DNA from: Pseudobdellovibrionaceae bacterium
GTDB lineage: Bacteria; Bdellovibrionota; Bdellovibrionia; Bdellovibrionales; Bdellovibrionaceae
DNA: 23,707 nucleotides
Assembly (NCBI GenBank): GCA_041288045.1
Contig: JBGGMM010000116.1
Location: 1 to 23,707 of the forward strand
Direction: 5' to 3'
Part shown: positions 8,795-16,800 of the stretch, piece by piece
Position numbering within the stretch: the stretch's first letter is position 1
How the letters are laid out: each line of letters begins with the position of its first letter
The notes under the pieces: generated by a model
Databases searched by the model: none
Told to the model about the DNA's origin: nothing
The model's input: the letters and a program-made list of their open reading frames with translations, nothing else
Position numbers and translations under genes: made by a program

Positions 8795-9215
8795 AAAGTT
8801 CTGCCACCCGTTTGTGATAGGCACTGATCATATTCGGAAGATTGACACTGACCAGAGCTTTGGCAATGGGACCTGGGACGAAAAGGTTGAATGTGGCATC
8901 CACAGCGTAGCTGGCTCGGCACTTGCCGCCTTCTTCCTGCATTTTCCAAGAGCCCATCGAAGTTTTAAACACATCTCCGCCGGCGAATTCCCATTTCACT
9001 TCTTGGTTTTCTGTTTCCGTCATCCACAGACTGTATTTAAAGTTTTTCACCACACTGACCGTGTATTCGACAAGCTTGCGATTGCCTTCGGTTTTCAAAA
9101 GTTTGCATTCTTTCACTTCAGAAAGAAACTTCGGATAGTTTTCATAATCGCTGACGATTTTGTAAAACTGCGCCGGCGTACAGTTGAAAACTTCGGTTGT
9201 TTGCGCACTCGCCAT
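8784..9215 (-). CDS. SRPBCC/START-domain protein (RatA/PasT-Coq10-like, polyketide cyclase family)
   Basis: TPAQFYKIVSDYENYPKFL and FKTSMGSWKM signatures; 143 aa; SD AAGGA. Confidence 0.85.
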   Translation of the reverse strand: MASAQTTEVFNCTPAQFYKIVSDYENYPKFLSEVKECKLLKTEGNRKLVEYTVSVVKNFKYSLWMTETENQEVKWEFAGGDVFKTSMGSWKMQEEGGKCRASYAVDATFNLFVPGPIAKALVSVNLPNMISAYHKRVAELYGR

Positions 9216-9284
9216 GGATGTCCATCCTTTTCAAAATGCCAAATCATTGCTTGTCTTGATTAACTCGGATGGAGCTTTTGTCTG

Positions 9285-9581
9285 TCAACTCTTTTTAAAC
9301 AGAGCCTCTGCCGCAGCTCGAAGAGCCGCTGCCGAATCTTTGGCGGAAGCGCCGCCGGTACCCGGCGTGAAGTACTCGCAGAAATTGGCCCGGTCTTTTT
9401 CTCGCACCACATCGGCTGAGGGCTCACGGCATTCATTGTAAGCTTTTGGGTCATAGAAATGACAGTTTTTACAGACATGCACATCAGCTCGGCAATGGGG
9501 GCATTCTTCCCGAAAGCCAATCTTCACATCCGAGAAGGAAAGTTCTTTTTGGCAAGAAAAGCAAGCAAGCTTGATGGCCAT
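9285..9581 (-). CDS. Cys-rich zinc-ribbon hypothetical protein
   Basis: CFSC, CPHC, HVCKNC, plus EC and FC Cys residues. Starts 2 nt after the glpX stop. Confidence 0.8.
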   Translation of the reverse strand: MAIKLACFSCQKELSFSDVKIGFREECPHCRADVHVCKNCHFYDPKAYNECREPSADVVREKDRANFCEYFTPGTGGASAKDSAAALRAAAEALFKKS

Positions 9582-9583
9582 TT

Positions 9584-10546
9584 TTAAAGCCCTGGTTTTT
9601 TCTCTAATTGATGATGGGCTTCGATGGTGCGAATTGTTCCGGTTTGAGAGCGCATCACGATCGAATGGGTTTTTGCCTGTCGCCCCGGCAATGTCTTCAC
9701 ACCTTTTAAAAGTGGGCCATCCGTCACACCGGTTGCGCAGAACATGACAGAGCCTTTGGCCAGCTCGCCGATGGTGTATTTTTTGTTGAGATCTTTGACT
9801 CCCATTTTCTGAGCGCGGACTCTTTCATCTTCTCGGCGAAAAATAAGTCGGCCTTGAAAATCTCCGTTCAGACACTGAAGAGCGGCAGCTGAAATCACGC
9901 CTTCAGGAGCTCCGCCGGTTCCGATCAAAAGATCGATTCCGCTTTCAGGCCAGGCCGTGGCAATGGCGGCTGAAACATCGCCGTCACCGATGAGATGAAT
10001 GCGGGCTCCGGTTTTTCGTACTTCTTGGATGAGGTCGGCATGCCGAGGCCGATCCAAAATCACAACTGTGACATCTTCCACTGGTTTTTCTAATGCCTTT
10101 GCCACTCTTTCGATATTTTCTGTGGCTGAGGCATCGATGTCGATGAGCCCTTTGGCCGCCGGACCGCAGGCGATTTTTGCCATGTAAGTGTCCGGCGCGT
10201 GCAAAAAGTTTCCTTTTTCAGCCACAGCGATGACTGAAATGGAGCCGACGCCGCCATTGGCGCAGATGGTGGTGCCTTCAAGAGGATCCAGGGCGATGTC
10301 GATGGCTGGAGAATCTTCGGTTCTCTGCCCGACTTTTTCGCCGATGTAGAGCATGGGGGCTTCATCTCTTTCGCCTTCGCCGATGACCACGGTGCCGTCA
10401 ATTCTGAGAGTGTCGAAAGCTTTTCTCATAGCATCCACGGCCGCTTTGTCGGCGGCTTTTTCATCGCCACGACCCATGAATCGAGCGCAGGCTAGCGCGG
10501 CTGCTTCGGTGATTCGGACAAGCTCGAGAGCCAGGTTTCTATCCAT
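9584..10546 (-). CDS. glpX: Fructose-1,6-bisphosphatase class II
   Basis: MDRNLALELVRITEAAA, GEGERDEAPML, DPLEGT, DRPRH, DGDV and GGAPEGV motifs. Confidence 0.97.
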   Translation of the reverse strand: MDRNLALELVRITEAAALACARFMGRGDEKAADKAAVDAMRKAFDTLRIDGTVVIGEGERDEAPMLYIGEKVGQRTEDSPAIDIALDPLEGTTICANGGVGSISVIAVAEKGNFLHAPDTYMAKIACGPAAKGLIDIDASATENIERVAKALEKPVEDVTVVILDRPRHADLIQEVRKTGARIHLIGDGDVSAAIATAWPESGIDLLIGTGGAPEGVISAAALQCLNGDFQGRLIFRREDERVRAQKMGVKDLNKKYTIGELAKGSVMFCATGVTDGPLLKGVKTLPGRQAKTHSIVMRSQTGTIRTIEAHHQLEKKPGL

Positions 10547-10932
10547 TTTTCATTCTCCAAAAGTCCCCGAATGAGAGCCGGGGGCTTGATCAGTTTTAAA
10601 TTTAAATCCAGAGGCACGTGCTGAGTTCGACCTTCCGAAAGAAGCTCTTCGCCCCGCCACAGTTTGTATTCAAACACGATGCGAATGCCTTCGAGCTTCG
10701 CTTGCACTTCGATCTGCAACACATCGCCAAATTTGGCGGGCTTGATGTGGCGGACTTGAGTTTCCAAAACCGCCAAGTGCGAAGCGGATTCTGGTTGCTG
10801 GTAATTGAGAATCCCTTTTTCATGCGCCCAAGCCACTCGTGCTTCTTCATAAAATCTCAGGTAATTTCCGTGATGGACGATTCCCATGAGATCGGTTTCA
10901 TAGAACTGCACTCGGTGCTCATAGCGAAACAT
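10492..10932 (-). CDS. Acyl-CoA thioesterase, YbgC/4HBT hotdog family
   Basis: RVQFYETDLMGIVHHGNYLRFYEEAR motif. Confidence 0.9.
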   Translation of the reverse strand: MFRYEHRVQFYETDLMGIVHHGNYLRFYEEARVAWAHEKGILNYQQPESASHLAVLETQVRHIKPAKFGDVLQIEVQAKLEGIRIVFEYKLWRGEELLSEGRTQHVPLDLNLKLIKPPALIRGLLENEKWIETWLSSLSESPKQPR

Positions 10933-11666
10933 CAGTGCGCTCTTTGACTTTTTAAAAGTTGCAGCAATGAAAAAAGATCGCCTCTTTGATCATTGAGTTT
11001 TTCAACCAGCTTGATCCATCGATCCAACCAGCTCGCTCCCATGGACACTTTGTTCAGCTTGGGATCAAAAATTTCTTTCGGGCTGAAGTAGCCTTTTTCT
11101 TCCGGCACCGAGGAAAAAGATCTTTGCACGATCACTTCTTCAGGTCTGTAGTGCCAAATCAAATTGTCATACTCGACCAGCACCCGTTCAAATTCGGTTT
11201 CAGATCCACTTCTTTTTTTGACAATCAAATTGGTGTCAAAGGGTCCATGCAGCCAGAGATCGCTGGCCAATTCCGAAGGGAGTTTTTGCAAGGGCCACTC
11301 TTTGAGATTTTCCACTAGGATTTGATCTTTGGTGGATTGCTCAAAAGAAAGGCGATTCTCTGAAAAAGTGGCATCAAAAAAAAGTCCGATGGAAGAAGCC
11401 CCGACATGCACGACTTGGGCGCGAAAAGGCAAAGGATCTTCGAAAATCGCCAGTCGCAAATGGAAATCGTAACTGGAACCCGGGCGCAAGCGGGATTGAG
11501 ATTCGTTGGCACCGATCACCATGCCACTGTAGCTCAAATCAAAAACCGAAGATTCGGAGCGATCCGGCCAGAGAACTTCCATTCCCTTTAAAGGTGCCGG
11601 CAAGGAATGGTTCTGAGCCAGAAAGAGTCTGGGAACTTTTTTTCCGGGTCTGACTTCAATTTGCAT
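10932..11666 (-). CDS. PilZ-like domain protein
   Basis: N-terminal KKVPR...VFDLSYSG (DxSxxG)...AQVVH..IGLFF fits a PilZ barrel; C-terminal domain unknown. TGATG coupling to the thioesterase. Confidence 0.6.
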   Translation of the reverse strand: MQIEVRPGKKVPRLFLAQNHSLPAPLKGMEVLWPDRSESSVFDLSYSGMVIGANESQSRLRPGSSYDFHLRLAIFEDPLPFRAQVVHVGASSIGLFFDATFSENRLSFEQSTKDQILVENLKEWPLQKLPSELASDLWLHGPFDTNLIVKKRSGSETEFERVLVEYDNLIWHYRPEEVIVQRSFSSVPEEKGYFSPKEIFDPKLNKVSMGASWLDRWIKLVEKLNDQRGDLFSLLQLLKSQRAH

Positions 11667-12330
11667 GGGCCGCCTCTCCTTGGTCCCTTTTATAGTCTTG
11701 TTCCAGGGATTTTCTCAATGTTTCAGCTACATGATGCATAACGGCTTCAGCGGCCGGCCCGACCACAAAATCCGGTACCCAACTAACTTTTCCTTGGTAA
11801 CGAGCGAGAACTCCCATCTCTGTCAGTTGACGCCCACGGTCTTTCACCAAGGTCACTCCTTCGAGGCCCTTGAGCCATTCCCCTACAGAGCGGAAATACA
11901 AATGGGAGACACCGCTTAATTTCTCTTCATAAAGAGCCAGGCTTAAATTTTTTTGTCGTCCTAAAAATTGCACTTTGAGATGCAGGGTGGAGGATTCAGG
12001 GTCAAAGCGAACTTCAGGAAAAGTCTCTGGAAGTTTGCTGAGCCTTTTGAAATCTTTGGCATTTTTCAAACAGACCTCGAAGGGCGCCTCAACGAGACCT
12101 GCGCCTTTGAAAGTCCACTGCTCCTCGCCTTTCTCAAGCACCGAAACGAGAATTTTTTTGTCCTTTTGCATTTGCTGCCAGAGAATTTTTTTGCGCCAAA
12201 AAGGCTCTTCTTGCTGCCATTGGTGGATTTCTTTGAAATCCGCTGGATCCCTGGGTTTGAGCTCCTCCCCAGCTGCACTTGCCGAGCACAGATGCACTGC
12301 CAGCCAACAGAAAAGACTTGCGAAAGACAA
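11656..12330 (-). CDS. Secreted START/SRPBCC-like hypothetical protein (start uncertain: TTG 12330 or ATG 12390)
   Basis: Signal-like ...FCWLAVHLCSASA|AGE. GAGLVEAPFEVCLKNAKDF and the C-terminal WVPDFVV...helix resemble START folds. 11-nt overlap with the downstream gene. Confidence 0.6.
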   Translation of the reverse strand: MSFASLFCWLAVHLCSASAAGEELKPRDPADFKEIHQWQQEEPFWRKKILWQQMQKDKKILVSVLEKGEEQWTFKGAGLVEAPFEVCLKNAKDFKRLSKLPETFPEVRFDPESSTLHLKVQFLGRQKNLSLALYEEKLSGVSHLYFRSVGEWLKGLEGVTLVKDRGRQLTEMGVLARYQGKVSWVPDFVVGPAAEAVMHHVAETLRKSLEQDYKRDQGEAAHAN

Positions 12331-12388
12331 AAGCCTTAGGCCAGATAGAGTGAGTCCCTGAATGAGTTTTTCAACACTTGAGGTCGAC

Positions 12389-12961
12389 ATGAAAGATTGG
12401 AAAAAATCATTACCCATGTGGATCACAATGTCACGAATTCTCATCGTGCCGGTGATCGTGGTTCTGATGACTCCCAATCAACTGACCGGCAATGTGATTG
12501 CGGCGATTCTGTTTATTTTGGCTTCGATCACCGATTACTACGACGGTTTTTTTGCGCGCAAATACAATGCCGTTTCCAGCATGGGAAAATTTATGGATCC
12601 CATTGCTGATAAAATTCTGGTGACCAGTATTTTGGTGATGCTCGTGCCTTCGGATCGCATTGAGCCTTTGATGGTGATTATTATTTTGGCACGAGATAAT
12701 TTTATTGGCGGACTCAGATCCGTTGCTGCTGCTGATCAAATCATCATCGATGCGAAGCCTGTGGGCAAATGGAAGACGGCTTTGCAAATGGTGGCCATTC
12801 CAGCTGTGATCATCGATCAAAGATGGCTTGGGATTCCATTTGAGAAAATCGGCTACTGGGTGCTTTGGATCAGTGTGATTTTGAGTGTGACTTCGGGAGT
12901 TCAGTATTACTTGGGCTATTTGAAGGCGAAGCGGCTTTTGAGGGGCCCTTCGAAGGCTTAG
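12389..12961 (+). CDS. pgsA: CDP-diacylglycerol--glycerol-3-phosphate 3-phosphatidyltransferase
   Basis: TDYYDGFFARK...GKFMDPIADK CDP-alcohol phosphatidyltransferase motif and GKWKT. SD GAGGT before ATG 12389. Upstream of tRNA-Gly(GCC), as in E. coli pgsA-glyW. Confidence 0.95.
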   Translation: MKDWKKSLPMWITMSRILIVPVIVVLMTPNQLTGNVIAAILFILASITDYYDGFFARKYNAVSSMGKFMDPIADKILVTSILVMLVPSDRIEPLMVIIILARDNFIGGLRSVAAADQIIIDAKPVGKWKTALQMVAIPAVIIDQRWLGIPFEKIGYWVLWISVILSVTSGVQYYLGYLKAKRLLRGPSKA

Positions 12962-13160
12962 CCAGGCCTGCAGTGGGAGCGGCACCTTGCACCTCGGACT
13001 GAATCTCCACCGGCATGGGCTTTTGCATGGACGCAATCGTTCTTTGCATACGAAATTGTGAGCCCTGATAAAGCCCCAATCCATAAGCCACCAGACCAGC
13101 AAGAATTAAAAACGACCAAACACCGATTTTGCGCCGAACCTGCGGACCTTTTGAGCTCAT
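12870..13160 (-). CDS. Small single-TM protein with low-complexity Pro/Ser/Lys tail
   Basis: MSSKGPQVRRK + TM helix + ...RTIAS...; fills the pgsA-tRNA gap and overlaps the pgsA 3' end by 92 nt. Confidence 0.5.
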   Translation of the reverse strand: MSSKGPQVRRKIGVWSFLILAGLVAYGLGLYQGSQFRMQRTIASMQKPMPVEIQSEVQGAAPTAGLAKPSKGPSKAASPSNSPSNTELPKSHSKSH

Positions 13161-13182
13161 CCTTCTATTTTTCCGCAAATCC

Positions 13183-13213
13183 TTGACAAGTCAAAGGCCA
13201 AAGATGTTAAAAC
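13183..13213 (+). promoter_or_regulatory. Putative sigma70 promoter of tRNA-Gly
   Basis: Perfect TTGACA at 13183-13188 and TGTTAAAAC at 13205-13213, 15 nt before the tRNA. Confidence 0.5.
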
Positions 13214-13228
13214 ATTTTCTCTCTGATT

Positions 13229-13304
13229 GCGGGAGTAGCTCAGTTGATAGAGCGTCGCCTTGCCAAGGCGAAGGTCGCGGGTTTGAGCCCCGTCTCCCGC
13301 TCCA
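13229..13304 (+). tRNA. tRNA-Gly (anticodon GCC)
   Basis: 76-nt cloverleaf: acceptor GCGGGAG/CTCCCGC, D stem GCTC/GAGC, anticodon stem TCGCC/GGCGA with loop TTGCCAA, T stem GCGGG/CCCGT, discriminator U73, encoded CCA. Confidence 0.98.
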
Positions 13305-13461
13305 ATCACGACCTGTGGTCGCTTTCGCTTCCCTCGACTTGTCGCTGCTGTTTTTCACATCCGCTTCGCGGCTGTATTTTCTAAAGTTTCAAAATTCTTC
13401 CCGGAATTTCAAGCCATTTCAAGGAAATGCCCTCACCTTTACAAACGAATAGCTCCGGATA

Positions 13462-13680
13462 TCAGCTATCGGTTCGAACCGACGAGCCAAAGTCCAAGAC
13501 TTCGTCTTCCTCAATTTCAATCTCCTCGTCACTGACGACTGGAGGATTTTCTCTGGCAATTTTTTCGGCTTCATCTCTGGTCAAATGATTTCCAAGCACA
13601 TCCTCAACCACACCTAACCCGAACTCAGAGTGATATCGAACAACACGATAATATCGGTCTGTCTTAGATAGATTGCTCAT
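13462..13680 (-). CDS. Small acidic hypothetical protein (72 aa)
   Basis: Strong SD AGGAGGTG. Upstream TTATCA-N16-TATAAT promoter. Confidence 0.75.
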   Translation of the reverse strand: MSNLSKTDRYYRVVRYHSEFGLGVVEDVLGNHLTRDEAEKIARENPPVVSDEEIEIEEDEVLDFGSSVRTDS

Positions 13681-13761
13681 GTCACCTCCTGAAGCTCATT
13701 ATACTCCCGGAGAGACTGGTGATAACTTGCAATTTGGCATTGGGTACTGATTCAGTGACAA

Positions 13762-13795
13762 AAAAGCCCATCAGGATTGATGGGCTTTTCTTTTT
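13762..13795. terminator. Intrinsic terminator (potentially bidirectional) downstream of the 1251-aa gene
   Basis: 12-bp stem AAAAGCCCATCA / TGATGGGCTTTT with loop GGAT and T-tracts on both strands. Confidence 0.85.
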
Positions 13796-13828
13796 AAGAT
13801 GCAGTGTTCGCATTTGGGACCTGGGACC

Positions 13829-16800
13829 CTACGGAGACAGGATCTCCACCGCAGTGAAATTGTAGCGATCTGTTGTTGGCGCTGTCGTGTTCATGATGAC
13901 GCTGGTTCCGGCGTTTGGTGTTGGAGCGTTTTGCCGTTGCACCCACAGAGTATCTCCCACTGAAGGAAGATACTGGTGCACCATGGTTTGGTTTGGTCCG
14001 AGCGTCCTTGCGATCGCTTTGTCCCAATCATTTCCTACGGCGAAGACCCAAGAATTGTTTCGGGTGGTTACCAGGGTGACAGCGGCTGCTCCGCTTGAAG
14101 CATTGGCACTGACCGAGGTTCCCACAGGGGACGCAGGATCGGTCCCGACAAAGGAAACCACAACCAGTGAAGCCGCGACATTTTTCGACAAAGTGGCGGC
14201 AATCGATGCATTGGTCAGAATGTTGATCGAGAAAGCCCGCCAGACTTCAGAGGTTCCAGCTTGAGTGTTGGTGCGCTTCACAAGAGTCCACGTCAAACCG
14301 GTGGTGGTGATTCTTGTGACCGTCGTGTTGTTTGAAACCGTTCCGTCAGTCGAGACGAAAGCGAGCAACAATTCATTCGGCTTGGTCGTCGTGAATCCTG
14401 AAACTGTTACAGTTGAATTCTTCGTATCCGTGAATGCGGTTTTGTCGATACTGAGTGCCGGAGGCGGCACAACAACGTTATTGACCGTCACCGAAACAGG
14501 CGCGCTGACCGTGGTGTTTCCTGCGCCATCTTTGGCGATCGCAGTCAGAGCGTGAGCACCGTTCGCAACGCCAGTGGTATTCCAAGTCGTCTGATAAGGC
14601 GAGGCTGTGTCCAAGGAGCCAAGATTGGCGCCATCCAGCTGAAATTGAACGCTGGCCACATTGATATCATCCGAAGCGGAGGCCGAGACAGTCACAGTTC
14701 CCGAGACCGTCCCACTCGGCGCACTGATCGCAACAGAAGGAGGAGTGGTATCCGGCGCGCCGGGTGTGACGAATGTGAAGTCACCCGAAACGGCGGCATT
14801 GCCCGCGGCATCTGTCGATTTCACTCGGTAGTGATAGGTCGCACTGGCGTTCAGCCCGGCGATCACTTGAGTGTGCGAAGTTTCCAAGCTGGTGTTGACC
14901 GAAGTGCTCGTGCCGTAGCTCGTGGTCAGACCGTATTCAATCTGAGAGCTAGAGGGCTCGTTGGTCGTCCAAGTGATGGTCGCACCGTTTTGGCTGATGT
15001 CGGCGCTTGCGACATTGCTGATCACAGGCGGAGTTATGTCCCCTCCTCCTGATTGGCCGGTGAAGCTCACATTGTCGAAGGTATCGGTCGCAAGCACAGT
15101 GTTCACATGCGAAGTGACCGCGAGGCCCACATAGATCGTCGAGGCCATGCTGATGGTCGCACTCCCCATGGTGGTCCAAGTCGTTCCATTGCTGGATTTA
15201 GAAGAAGTGAAAGTGTTTCCAGCCCGAACCAGGCGAACCCAGTAAGGTACGACTCCGGCGTTGCCATTGACATAGGTTGTGGCTCCACCGGTGGTGGTGC
15301 GATAATCAAAAGACATTCCATGACTTGGAGTGATCGCCGAGAGAGCTTCTTTCGAATTGGCGGCGAGAGTCTCGCGCATCATCACGCCCGCCAAAGCCCA
15401 AGGATCCGTGTTTTGCTGAGTGACGATACGAGCTTTGATTTCACCGTCGCCGGTCATCTGTTGATAAGCGAAATGAAAGGAGTCCGCCGCATCCCAGATG
15501 TCGACTCCGCTTCCTTTCACGGTGATCGTTCCACCGTTGACCACTGTAGATCCCGGTACGCCCACGGATCCAATGTCCACGCCCGTCCAAGAACCAGTGC
15601 CTCCGCCACCAGGATTGGTGACCGTCACTGCGACAGGGTTTGAATTGCTGACACCGTTTTGATTGTCGTAGGCGCGAGCGCTCAGAGAGTGAGATCCGGC
15701 TGCAAGGCCACTGACACTCCACGAATAAGGCGCTGTTGTGCTTGTGCCCAACAGAGTTCCGTTGTTGTAAAATTCGACTTTCGAAATGGATCCATCAGAA
15801 TCGCTGGCGGTTGCCTGAATCTGAAAGCTGGCCGGAGCCGTGAAAGCCGCTCCGTTCGCAGGAGACGTGATCGCTACGGAAGGCAATTGATTGGCGGGAG
15901 CGCCGTTGAGTCCCACAGCCACTGTGTTTCCGCTTTCATGGCGGACACGCAAGACACTGCCATTATCAAATGTCCAGCCTTCTGCGCCCAAATCACTTCG
16001 CTGCGGAATCAAGACACCATTGACCGTCACACTCGTCGGAGCGCTTGCGACTTTGATCACCTGCACACCGCTGTTATCGAAAGTCTGATAGTTGATCTGA
16101 CTTGGAGTATAGGTCACCGACTTCACCAGCGAAGTCGAATCCAAAATATGAGTCGAGCCGACCGGGGCCCACTCGGGAGAAGCTCCCATACCAACGATGA
16201 AGTGCCTGACGTAATCGCCATATCCATCGGTGAACCACTGGTTGTTCACTGTGGGACCATCGATGACAACACCTGTGCTTCGGGCCATGTAGGTCGACCA
16301 GTTGAAAGAGCGGTAGGCTTTTGCTTGTGCTGTCGTATCACCGGTTTTCGCGTAAAGAAGCGCATTCACTGAGGCATAACGGCTGGTGTGACTTCCCATT
16401 GGATGCGCGAAAATGACTTGCTCTTTGATTGTCATCGCGCCGTAAGCCATGGCTCCAAAAGTGGATTCATCCCAGGCGATCAGATTTCGCGTGTGTGTTT
16501 CCCAGTTCGGATTCATCTCTGGATGCCGCAAGAAATACCTGGCCGTCATCAGCGCATTGTATTGGTTGTAATTGCTGATATCGCCCTGGGTTCCGACGTC
16601 TTCAAAGTAATTGGCCCAATTGTTGTTCTTCATTGGAAAGTTCATCAACCAATTCCAAGCCGTCGCGCGAGCCGTCTGATAAGAAGCGACATTGCCCAAT
16701 CCGAGTCGGATCAATTCGTCGAACAATTCGATCGGTGCAATCACATCGGCACAATAATCTTCGCGGACAGCATTGGTCTGCGCTTTCACTCGGAACGGCC

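Noticed and set aside
8784..9215. RatA/PasT toxin-antitoxin module
   Set aside because: No RatB/RnfH-like partner. The downstream gene is unrelated, and the family is mostly Coq10-like lipid/quinone binders.
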